Shown here piece after piece: positions 42,861 to 54,359 of a stretch of 64,000 nucleotides of DNA. The first letter of the stretch is position 1, and the number at the start of each line of letters is the position of its first letter. The stretch comes from Octopus vulgaris (Eukaryota): the NCBI GenBank assembly GCA_951406725.2, contig OX597822.1:102052001-102116000 (forward strand). Direction: 5' to 3'. Below the pieces are notes generated by a model. It ran no database searches, had not been told where the DNA came from, and worked only from the letters and a program-made list of their open reading frames with translations. Position numbers and translations under genes: made by a program.

Positions 42861-43185
42861 GGTTATTCAAAAAGAAAGAGCAGATTTTAAATTTGTTTAA
42901 AACAAACGGTAAGAGTCACAAACACATTCTACATATTTCTTGATAGAGGAAGGTTTAAAGTTTATTATAAGGTAGCATGCACTCAACATGAGCACCATGT
43001 GTTGCTCGATAAACATCGAAATATCGAAACCTTTTTTCTGTGACATTTTTATGCCATTCGTAAATTTGCTTGTGACGAGGTGGATCTTTATTGAATTGGT
43101 GGCGAAATTCACGTTGCACTTGCACAATCGATTCACATTTCTCAAACTGCAGCACACACAAAAACTTTCTTTTTGAATAACCCTG
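42858..43185 (-). mobile_element. Non-autonomous mariner-superfamily element
   Basis: 21-bp perfect TIR CAGGGTTATTCAAAAAGAAAG, TA flanks; transposase HTH remnant [35 protein letters not shown]. Confidence 0.85.
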
Positions 43186-43193
43186 TATATATA

Positions 43194-43250
<57 letters not shown>

Positions 43251-43268
43251 TATTTATTTTATAGAAGG

Positions 43269-43319
43269 AGTTTCTACAGGACTAGAACTGTTTCATTCAA
43301 AAGAAATCATCAGGAAGCT
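43269..43319 (-). ncRNA. Type I hammerhead ribozyme motif (family A, copy 1)
   Basis: AGCUUC-CUGAUGA-UUUCUUUUGAAU-GAAACAG-UUCUAGUC-CUGUA-GAAACU; one stem I mismatch. Confidence 0.7.
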
Positions 43320-44213
43320 AGTAGACAAGAGTTGTTTTGGCATTTATACATTTAGGCAGGTTTAAATGGGTGGTGGTGGGGGACTTTTTTGGGGGTAGGC
43401 ATGGCGCAAAACTGTCATTATAAGGGGAGTGGTCAAAGGAATCGTTGGTAAAGTAGATAATAGAATAAATAAAAGAATAAAAAAAAGAAAAAAAGAAAAG
43501 AAAAGAAAAATAGGGTTTTAGGTTAGTAGGGAGACTCTCACTTGTACATCTACATATATATATATACACATATATACACCCGCAAATTCACATATATCTA
43601 TACATATACATACATACCCACATATACGTACATATATATATATATATATATATACATACATACACATACATATACATATATATATGTATATATACATATG
43701 TATATGTGTATGTATATGTATGTATGTGTATGTATGTGTATATGTATATGTGTATATATATTAATTAGTGTATATGTATGGACTAGTCTTCTGTGAGCGT
43801 GTTGAGGTATGTATGTGTATGCGTGTATGTGAATATACGTGAATGTATGTAGATGTAGGCGTGTATGAATATAACGTGTGAGTGTGTGGGCGTGGGTGAG
43901 TGCCTGCGTTCTTCGTATAAGTATGTAGACAGATAAACGGAATCTTTATATCGTCCCTTGAGACCGATTGACCGGTCAAGATAAAAATAAAATAAAGATA
44001 TAAACAAAAAGCAGTAATAATAAAATTAAAATAAGAGAATAAAAATGTGTGTGTATGTGTGTGCATGTATATGCATTTGTATATATTTGTGCGAGTGGGT
44101 ATACATATATGTATGTATATGTATGTATATGTGTATCTGTGTGTACGTACATGGGTAAGTGTATGTATGTATGTATGTGTATGTATATATATATATGTAT
44201 ATGTATGTGTATG

Positions 44214-44254
<41 letters not shown>

Positions 44255-44559
44255 ATGTGGGTATGTATGTATATGTATAGATATATGTGAATTTGCGGGT
44301 GTATATATGTGTATATATATATATATGTAGATGTACAAGTGAGAGTCTCCCTACTAACCTAAAACCCTATTTTTCTTTTCTTTTATTTTTTTATTTTTTT
44401 ATTCTTTTATTTATTCTATTATCTACTTTACCAACGATTCCTTTGACCACTCCCCTTATAATGACAGTTTTGCGCCATGCCTACCCCCAAAAAAGTCCCC
44501 CACCACCACCCATTTAAACCTGCCTAAATGTATAAATGCCAAAACAACTCTTGTCTACT

Positions 44560-44610
44560 AGCTTCCTGATGATTTCTTTTGAATGAAACAGTTCTAGTCC
44601 TGTAGAAGCT
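44560..44610 (+). ncRNA. Type I hammerhead ribozyme motif (family A, copy 2)
   Basis: Stem I AGCUUC/GAAGCU, core CUGAUGA 44566-44572, weak stem II UUC/GAA, GAAA 44585-44588, stem III ACAG/CUGU, GUA triplet; predicted cut at 44604/44605. Confidence 0.78.
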
Positions 44611-44690
44611 CCTTCTATAAAATAAATTAATTTACTCTGCTATGTATTGAGTACCTTATTGACTGTGGTTAACCCCGACTCAACCCGGGA

Positions 44691-44737
<47 letters not shown>

Positions 44738-44751
44738 GTGTGTGTGTATGC

Positions 44752-44785
<34 letters not shown>

Positions 44786-44789
44786 GCAT

Positions 44790-44848
<59 letters not shown>

Positions 44849-44850
<2 letters not shown>

Positions 44851-45075
44851 GGGTTATTCAAAAAGAAAGTATTTTTGTGTGCTGCAGTTTGAGAAATGTA
44901 AATCGATTGTGCAAGTGCAACGTGAATTTCGCCACCAATTCAATAAAGATCCACCTCGTCACAAGCAAATTTACGAATGGCCTAAAAATGTCACAGAAAA
45001 AGGTTTCGATGTTTCGATGTTTGTCGAGCAACACACGGTGCTCATGTTGAGTGCATGCTACCTTAAAATAAACTT
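44849..45075 (+). mobile_element. Second, truncated copy of the mariner-derived element
   Basis: Reverse complement of 42960-43185 with a few substitutions. Confidence 0.85.
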
Positions 45076-45166
45076 AATCCAAACAAGAAAGCAAAAAGAC
45101 AACAACGCGAGGATGTGGAACAAATAAAGTATTATTGGGCGCTCAGGAAAGAAGGGAAGAAGGAGG

Positions 45167-45201
45167 GTATGACGTTTCGAGCGGAGCTCTTCGTCGGAAA
45201 C
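45167..45201 (-). ncRNA. Minimal hammerhead-like motif (C4 variant)
   Basis: GUUU-CCGACGA-a-GAGC(UCC)GCUC-GAAACGUC-AUAC; stem I is short and has one mismatch. Confidence 0.5.
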
Positions 45202-45349
45202 ATAGGAGAAAGAAAGATCCCGAGGTGGGAGGACAGAGGGAAAAAAAATTTCAAGTGGTCTTCACGAGGTCACATACTGAAAAGACGGAAGTGGTAAAAA
45301 AGGAGGAACATGTTTTCAAAAACAGGAGAGCTGAATCAAAGAAGGAATG

Positions 45350-46908
45350 GTAAACAAAGGTGTGCGTGATGACAAGGGTGTGGGTGGGAGTGTGTGCGTG
45401 TGTGTGTATGTGTGTGTATGGTGGACAATGACTAGTGGCAAGCAGCAGTTAGCGAGTCAGGAAGGCAGGTCAGAAACAGGGAGGTATGTGTGTGTGCGTG
45501 TATATGTCTCGTGTGTGTGTTTTGTTGTAGTATGTGTGTGTGTACGTGTGCGTTTTTTTGTGTGTATGGCGAGTAACTGTGCTTAACTAAGTGTATGTGT
45601 GCGTGTGTGTGTGTGTGTGCTTGTACGTGCGTATATGTATAATTGTGTGCATGTATATATGTGTGTGCGTGTATGTATGGTTGTGTGCCGTATGGGATGT
45701 ATGTGTGGGTTCATTTGTGTGTGTGTGCGTGTGCGTGTGTATGTATGTGCGTTGAGTTTCTTTTTGCGCGTGTGCGCGCGTATGTGTGCGCATGTTTTGG
45801 TGTGCGTATGTATGTGTGTGTCTGTGCTTATATGTGTGTACGTATGTGTATGTGTGCGTGCGCGTGGAGGTATATGTTGTGTGTATGTATATGTGTCGAT
45901 GTGTATGTGAATTCGTGTGTGTTTGTACGAGTGTAAGTGTGTGTGCGTGTATTGTATATATGTAAATGTGTGTGTGTACGTGCGTGGGAGTGAATGTATG
46001 TATGTGCGTGTGTGTACAAAATGTAGGGGTATTATATGTGTGTTTATATGTTTATATGTGTATATATATGCATGCAAGGACACACTTCACATCTAAAAGA
46101 ATGATGGAAAAGACTCTTGCGGTGACAGGCGCATGAGAAACCCCAGGCACAACGCACTCGCCCAGACGGGCACCCGAGATAAAGCCAGACCCCACAGGCA
46201 TGCGTGCATGCATGTATATATGTGTGCGCGCGCGCATGCATGTGTGTGCGCGTGCATGCGAGTGTGTAGGTATGTGTGTGTGTATGTGTGAGTGTGTATG
46301 TGTGTATGTCTGTGTGTATGTCCGTATGAGTGTATGTAAGTATGTGTGTGTGTATATGTGTATGTGTATGTGTGTATGTATGTATGTATGTGTGTGTATG
46401 TGTGTATGTGTGTGTATGTATGTATGTGTGTATGTGTGGAAGTGTGTGTGTGTATGTATGTGTGTATGTATGTGTGTGTGTATATATGTATGTGTGCATG
46501 CGTGAATGTATGTATGTATGTGTGCATGCGTGTATGTGTGTATGTGTATGTATGTATGCATGCATGTGCGTATGTATGTGTGTGTGTGCTTGTGTGTATG
46601 TATAGGTGTATGTGCGTATATGTGTGTGTATGTGTGTGTATGTATGTGTCTGTGTATGTATGTGTGTATGCGTGTGTGTATATATGTATGTGTGTATGTG
46701 TGTGTATATATGTATGTATGTCTGTGTGTGTGTCTGTGTATGTTTGTGTGTGTATGTATGTATGTATGAATGAAGGTATGAATGTATGTAAGTATGTGTG
46801 TATACGTATGTAATGTATGTATGTATGCGTGTGTGTGTGTGTGTATGTATGCGTGTGCGCGTGTATGTGGGTGTGTATGTATGTATGTGTGATATATATA
46901 TATATATG

Positions 46909-46940
<32 letters not shown>

Positions 46941-46952
46941 TGTATGTATGTA
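45350..46952. repeat. Long degenerate (GT/AT)n simple-repeat region
   Basis: Direct reading; the HT/VC/YI ORFs are artefacts. Confidence 0.9.
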
Positions 46953-47044
46953 TAGGGAGAATTCACAAAAAAATAAACAAAAGACGAAGACAGGTGGTGA
47001 ATACAAACAGATGTATTTGTATAACGCTCGGGAATTGAAAACGT

Positions 47045-47080
47045 CTTTATCGTTTCGAGCCTACGCTCTTCCACAGAAAG
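47045..47080 (-). ncRNA. Degenerate minimal hammerhead-like motif
   Basis: CUUU-CUGUGGA-a-GAGC(GUAG)GCUC-GAAACGAU-AAAG; core A6 and the cleavage triplet are mutated. Confidence 0.4.
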
Positions 47081-47147
47081 GAACACACAAAGAAACAAGG
47101 AGAGAAAAAAATGTGTGTAGTGGCTAGCGATCTATCATGGCAACATA

Positions 47148-47189
<42 letters not shown>

Positions 47190-47272
47190 GGTCCCGGGTT
47201 GAGTTGGGGTTAACCACAGTAAATAAGGTACTCAATACATGGCAGAGTAAATTAATTTATTTTATAGAAGGA

Positions 47273-47321
47273 GCTTCTACAGGACTAGAACTGTTTCATT
47301 CAAATGAAATCATCAGGAAGC
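47273..47321 (-). ncRNA. Type I hammerhead ribozyme motif (family A, copy 3)
   Basis: GCUUC-CUGAUGA-UUUCAUUUGAAU-GAAACAG..CUGUA-GAAGC; the only change is in loop II. The element is truncated right at stem I. Confidence 0.75.
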
Positions 47322-47361
47322 ATATATGTATGTATATATTTATATATATGTATATATATGC

Positions 47362-47425
<64 letters not shown>

Positions 47426-47439
47426 TCATATATATATAT

Positions 47440-48661
47440 ATATTTTTTACTGTTTATATGTTTGTACTGTCGTTACCGTCTTGCTTTTTTTTTTTTTTAC
47501 CCCTCTGCGACAAGATCTCAGAATTTTAATTGATTTGCTTTTCGCAGGAAGGAATTTTTCATTCGAAGTATACGTCTCGCTTTTATCCTTCGAAACGTTT
47601 AGTAGATGAAACTTTAGCGACTGAAGAAGGGGATTTTTCGTTGTGCTTATTGTCCTGTCTCTCCTTTTTTTTGCCTGTCTTGTTCCTTGGTTTGTGTCTA
47701 TGTTTTTCGTCTCTCTATGTGTTCGACGTCTTTTGGTGTCCTGTACACATATATGCGTGTATATGTACATGTAGAGGTAGGTACGTACATATATGTTTAT
47801 ATATATGCATATATTTTATTAACATATTATACGACTAAACGCACGCACCCTATTAAGTAAGATTGTTCTGTTTATCAAGTTCGCCTTGATATTAACTCTC
47901 ACGCGACTCTGCATCTTTCTTTCTTTCTCTCCCATTCCCTTTTTCGTCTTTTTTTCCCTCACTTAACTTGTCTCTTCCTCTCTCTCTCCCCCCCTCACTG
48001 TTCTTCATGGTCTCCTCGCACCATTCCCCTTCTTCTCTCTCTTCCTCTTGCTCCTCCTCCCCATTCCCGTCGTCCATCTGCGACGTACTTCCGTCGTAAC
48101 TGCTATCCCGTCCTTTCTCGCCCGCCTTCTAAGGCCACTGGTCGACATTTTCCTCTCTCGTCGTCCACTATAATCCAGCGTTTGCAATACTTTTTTCGTC
48201 TGGCGTTAACAGCCCTTCTTATCTTGTTCTCCTTGTCCTGTCTCTCACTGTTATATATTTATTTTTCCACTGTTTATATATATATTTTTTACTGTTTATA
48301 TGTTTGTACTGTCGTTACCGTCTTGCTTTTTTTTTTTTTACCCCTCTGCGACAAGATCTCAGAATTTTAATTGATTTGCTTTTCGCAGGAAGGAATTTTT
48401 CATTCGAAGTATACGTCTCGCTTTTATCCTTCGAAACGTTTAGTAGATGAAACTTTAGCGACTGAAGAAGGGGATTTTTCGTTGTGCTTATTGTCCTGTC
48501 TCTCCTTTTTTTTGCCTGTCTTGTTCCTTGGTTTGTGTCTATGTTTTTGTCTCTCTATGTGTTCGACGTCTTTTTGGTGTCCTGTACACATATATGCGTG
48601 TATATGTACATGTAGAGGTAGGTACGTACATATATGTTTATATATATGCATATATTTTATT

Positions 48662-48667
<6 letters not shown>
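47440..48667 (+). mobile_element. Non-coding element with ~390-bp near-identical direct repeats (period ~842 bp)
   Basis: 47440-47826 matches 48282-48667; the internal segment is pyrimidine-rich. Confidence 0.8.
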
Positions 48668-48738
<71 letters not shown>

Positions 48739-48986
48739 GGTGAAAGATGCATTTAACATTTATACATTCTTGCATATTTTTCTATTATTCAACTTCTCTT
48801 TCACGTCCTCTTCCTCGCCTGTCTTTAACTTGCACAACACAGCAATTTGAATAAGGATCAAAGTTATTTATCCTTGACATAAGAGACAAAGAGATGCCTA
48901 AACAACAAACTGCACGCATTCCAGACAACGTGACTGGAATCGCTACTTTCTTTGAACTATCCACAAAAGCAGCGTAACGTATATAT

Positions 48987-49412
48987 GGCGCAGGAGTGGC
49001 TGTGTGGTAAGTAGCTTGCTAACCAACCACATGGTTCCGGGTTCAGTCCCACTGCGTGGCACCTTGGGCAAGTGTCTTCTGCTATAGCCCCGGGCCGACC
49101 AATGCCTTGTGAGTGGATTTGGTAGACGGAAACTGAAAGAAGACTGTCGTATATATGTATATATATATATATATGTATGTGTGTGTATGTGTTTGTGTGT
49201 CTGTGTTTGTCTCCCTAGCATTGCTTGACAACCGATGTTGGTGTGTTTAGGTCCCCGTCACTTAGCGGTTCGGCAAAAGAGACCGATGGAATAAGTACTG
49301 GGCTTACAAAGAATAAGTCCCGGGTCGATTTGCTCGACTAAAGGCGGTGCTCCAGCATGGCCGCAGTCAAATGACTGAAACAAATAAAAGAGTAAAAGAG
49401 TAAAGAGAAAGA
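48987..49412 (+). mobile_element. SINE family A
   Basis: Full-length copy with GAGTAAAA-repeat tail. Confidence 0.88.
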
Positions 49413-49662
49413 GTATGTACGGGAACAACTTTAGGATATCGTGATTGGCTTCAGTATAAATTTACCACATGATAGTATATCATTTCCTAAGAGGGATCAG
49501 CCATCTGAATGTGGCTAGGGTCAGGGCGGGGTGGTGGGGGGTGTTACTGATGCATTTAGCCCCAGGCGAACATCGACGTCACCAGAAGAGCTGACACCAT
49601 CTCGGTGTCCTTGCCAGCCAGCCAGCAAAGGGAGATCAGCCTCCCCGAAGATACGGATACTA

Positions 49663-49705
49663 CACACGGACCGGTTTCGAGGTTATTGCCTCTTGTCAAC
49701 GTATG
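49663..49705 (-). ncRNA. Minimal type I hammerhead motif, U3-A8 variant
   Basis: CAUACG-UUGACAA-GAGG(CAAUAA)CCUC-GAAA-CCGG-UC-CGUGUG. Confidence 0.75.
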
Positions 49706-49925
49706 GTAAGCACCGCTCTCCGTTGAGGGACTTCCTCTACAGGCTGGATATATAGGGATTTTCACAGTAACCACAGTCACTGGCGTAGAAAATCTGTTCG
49801 AAAACAATAATAAATCTCTGGGCGAGATATAAACAGTATTTTCTACACCAGTGACTGTGGTTACTGTGAAAATCTATATATATCCAGCCGGTAGAGGAGG
49901 TCCCTCAACGAAGAGCGGTGCTTAC

Positions 49926-49968
49926 TATACGTTGACAAGAGGCAATAACCTCGAAACCGGTCCGTGTG
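49926..49968 (+). ncRNA. Minimal type I hammerhead motif, U3-A8 variant
   Basis: UAUACG-UUGACAA-GAGG/CCUC-GAAA-CCGG-UC-CGUGUG; GUC triplet, predicted cut at 49962/49963. Confidence 0.75.
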
Positions 49969-50474
49969 TAGTATCCGTATCTTCGGGGAGGCTGATCTCC
50001 CTTTGCTGGCTGGCTGGCAAGGACACCGAGATGGTGTCAGCTCTTCTGGTGACGTCGATGTTCGCCTGGGGCTAAATGCATCAGTAACTCCCCGCCCTGA
50101 CCCTAGCCACATTCAGATGGCTGAACCCCTCTTATGTTATAGAGCAGTTACTGTTTATATCTCGCCCAGAGATTTATTATTGTAGTATGTCATTGACGTA
50201 CTTAAATTTCACGGATGAGCTGCCAAAAAAAAAAGCTATTGTAACATAACAAAACAGAAGACTACGAACAAATTTTCTTTCTCTCACACATGAATATATT
50301 TACGTAGTATATAATGTGTTTTCCTCACATTCTCAAACGCTCTCTCTCTCTCTCTCTCTCGCCCGTTTGAGTTATTACCGCAATCGTTTATACATATGTA
50401 TATGCAGGTTTCAGTGTGCATGTGTACATATATATGAGCCATAATATATATTCTTTCTTTTATTCTTTCCTTTA

Positions 50475-50660
50475 CTCGTTTCAGTCATTTTGACTGCGGC
50501 CATGCTGGAGTACCGCCCTTTAGTCGAGAGCAAATCGACCCCGGGACTTATTCTTTGTAAGCCTAGTACTTATTTTATCGGTCTCTTTTGCCGAACCGCG
50601 AAGTTACGGGCACGTAAACAAACCAGCATCGGCTTTCAAGCGATGTTGGGGGAACACACA
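50475..50660 (-). mobile_element. SINE family A, 3' half
   Basis: Tail sequence match; the 5' half lies at ~51143-51255, separated by a family D insertion. Confidence 0.75.
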
Positions 50661-50681
50661 CAAACATGCACACACACGTAC

Positions 50682-51129
<448 letters not shown>

Positions 51130-51263
51130 GTGTGTGTGTGTGACAGGCTCCTTTCAGTTTCCGTCTACCAAATCCACTCATAAGGTTTTGGTTGGCACGC
51201 AGTGGGACTGAACCCGGAACCATATAGTTGGTAAGCAAGCTACTTACCACACAACCAATCTTC

Positions 51264-51310
<47 letters not shown>

Positions 51311-51678
51311 TATGTATATGTATATATGAGTTTTTATATATATACATATATACGAATCTTCATATATACATATATATATATACATATACATACATATATA
51401 TATATACTTGTGTGTATGCGCGCTTGTATAGATCCCATATATATATATACATTGGCTTCATAGTATACATATCAAATCATCTTCAGACAGAGTTAATTGA
51501 AGATTAATTTAATTTTAATTTTATTATTATCATTATTTTCAGATTAATTAATGATATTGCTATAATTTTAGCGAGAAGATAGTAGAACAGAATCGAGGAA
51601 TCTCAATATATATCAGACCAAGGGCATATGTATATTATGCATGTTTGTATGTATATAAGTTAATTAAAAAGTGTATAA

Positions 51679-51771
<93 letters not shown>

Positions 51772-51773
<2 letters not shown>

Positions 51774-52183
51774 CGCAGGAGTGGCTGTGTGGTAAGTAGC
51801 TTGCTAACCAACCACATGGTTCCGGGTTCAGTCCCACTGCGTGGCATCTTGGGCAAGTGTCTTCTGCTATAGCCCCGGGCTGACCAATGCCTTGTGAGTG
51901 GATTTGGTAGACGGAAACTGAAAGAAGCCTGTCGTATATATGTATATATATATATATATATATAAGTGTGTGTGTATATGTTTGTGTGTCTGTGTTTGTC
52001 CCCCTAGCATTGCTTGACAACCGATGCTGGTGTGTTTACGTCCCCGTCACTTAGCGGTTCGGCAAAAGAGACCGATAGAATAAGTACTGGGCTTACAAAG
52101 AATAAGTCCCGGGGTCGATTTGCTCGACTAAAGGCGGTGCTCCAGCATGGCCGCAGTCAAATGACTGAAACGAGTAAACGAGT
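51772..52183 (+). mobile_element. SINE family A
   Basis: Full-length copy. Confidence 0.88.
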
Positions 52184-52361
52184 ATATATATATGTGTGTG
52201 TGTGTGTGTGTTAATGTAAGCGTATATAATCATATATATATGTATATATATATGTATATATGTATGCAAACATGTAAATGTATATATATATATATATATA
52301 TTATATACATACATACATATTCATATGTACATAAACTTATATATATATATATATATATATA

Positions 52362-52740
52362 TCTATATAAATGGCAGTTTGTCTGTGCGTTTTCTGTGTG
52401 TCTGTTTTCTCGTACCCTCACTCTGACCACGGCTTTCAACCGATTCTGATGAAACTTGACACACACATAGCCCAATGTCATAATTCAAAACTAACGCAGC
52501 GAAAATTTTGAAAAGTTCCCCCAGTTCTGAAAAAAAATCGATAAATTCGACATGGGGTCGACAATCAGAAACCCAAACCACAGACTGTCTAGGGGACGCA
52601 ACTCCACCTTTTTTAACTCTCAAAAAAAATTTACCATCATTTTTTTTCCATTTTTTTGCTATTTTTTGGCTATAACTCTCTAAAAATGCTTTATAGTTAT
52701 TTCCCTTACAAACCTGAGCAACGCCGGGCGATACTGCTAG
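52362..52740 (+). mobile_element. Non-autonomous Helitron
   Basis: A|TCTATATAAATGG...CCTGAGCAACGCCGGGCGATACTGCTAG|T. Confidence 0.8.
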
Positions 52741-52763
52741 TATATATATATATATGTGTGTGT

Positions 52764-53097
52764 GAAGGCGCATGGCTCAGTGGTTAGAGCGTCGAGCTTA
52801 CGATCGTGAGGTTGTGAGCTCGAATCCCGGACCGGGCTGCGTGTTGTGTTCTCGAGCAAGGCACTTTATTTCACGTTGCTCCAGTTCACTCAGCTGTAGA
52901 AATGAGTTGCGACGTCATTGGTGCCAAGCTGTATCGACCTTTGTCTTTCCCTTGGATAACACTGGTGGCGTGGAGAGGGGAGGCTGGTATGCATGGGCGA
53001 CTGCTGGTCTTCCATAAACAACCTTGCCCGGACTTGTATCTAGGAAGGTAACTTTCTAGGTGCAATCCCATGGTTATTCATGACCGAAGGGGGTCTT
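52764..53097 (+). mobile_element. SINE family C
   Basis: Matches the reverse complement of 2463-2800. Confidence 0.85.
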
Positions 53098-53101
53098 TAC
53101 C

Positions 53102-53236
<135 letters not shown>

Positions 53237-53679
53237 CATATGTAGGGAGATACAGAAAGACAAACATACAGACAGAGATAGCGGAGAGAGGAGAGAAAAG
53301 AAGACAAACAGTAGGTGGTATAAGCAATATATTCATATGGAAAGTTGCGCATGCAAATATGATATAATTTATCTTTACAGTTGTTTCGGATAATTGATGA
53401 CTGATGCCATGGTGCCATATATGTACATCATAGCATGTATGCATTCATACTTACACTCACACAAACAATATACACATGTATCCGCTCATACATTTACGCA
53501 CATAAATACGTACGTATGTATATACATACGCATACACCCATACAAATATATACGCATACATACGTACATACAAAATACTTACAGGTATATGTACACGCTC
53601 GCATATACGCTCAAACAAAAGATCGTAGCTGTAAACAAGCAGTAAAACTCATCATGGGGATTGTGAGTACAAACACAAC

Positions 53680-54198
53680 GGGATTGAGATTAGCAATGGG
53701 ATTGAGATTAGCAATGGGATTGAGATTAGCAATGGGATTGGGATTAGCAATGGGATTGAGATTAGCAGTGGGATTGGGATTAGCAATGGGATTGAGATTA
53801 GCAATGGGATTGAGATTAGCAATGGGATTGAGATTAGCAATGGGATTGAGATTAGCAATGGGATTGAGATTAGCAATGGGACTGAGATTAGCAATGGGAT
53901 TGGGATTAGCAATGGGATTGGGATTAGCAATGGGATTGAGATTAGCAGTGGGATTGGGATTAGCAATGGGATTGAGATTAGCAATGGGATTGAGATTAGC
54001 AATGGGATTGAGATTAGCAATAGGATTGAGATTAGCAATGGGATTGAGATTAGCAATGGGATTGAGATTAGAAATGGGATTGAGATTAGCAATGGGATTG
54101 GGATTAGCAATGGGATTGAGATTAGCAATGGGATTGAGATTAGCAATGGGATTGAGATTAGCAATGGGATTGAGATTAGCAATGGGATTGGGATTAGC
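53680..54198. repeat. 18-bp minisatellite (GGGATTGAGATTAGCAAT)~29
   Basis: Direct reading; homogeneous units with an A/G variant. Confidence 0.95.
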
Positions 54199-54359
54199 TG
54201 TCGCAAAGTATGCAACAGTCGGGTGATATTCAAGTGAACTTATGAATTGAATTAAAACCAGTGTCAACTGTAAAGAAGGGGAGCTTAGGATGGATTCATT
54301 CATTGGTTAACTTTAAAGGGACAAATTGCTGCAAGCATCTCAAATACCCCAACATACAT

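Larger units (their letters stand above)
49493..50183. mobile_element. Inverted, circularly permuted pair of a ~356-nt HHR-bearing monomer (retrozyme/pLTR-like)
   Basis: 49497-49793 is the reverse complement of 49838-50124; 49804-49838 is the reverse complement of 50149-50183. Confidence 0.8.

Noticed and set aside
53680-54198. CRISPR-like array or repeat-protein gene
   Set aside because: Head-to-tail units without unique spacers, no cas genes, eukaryotic context.
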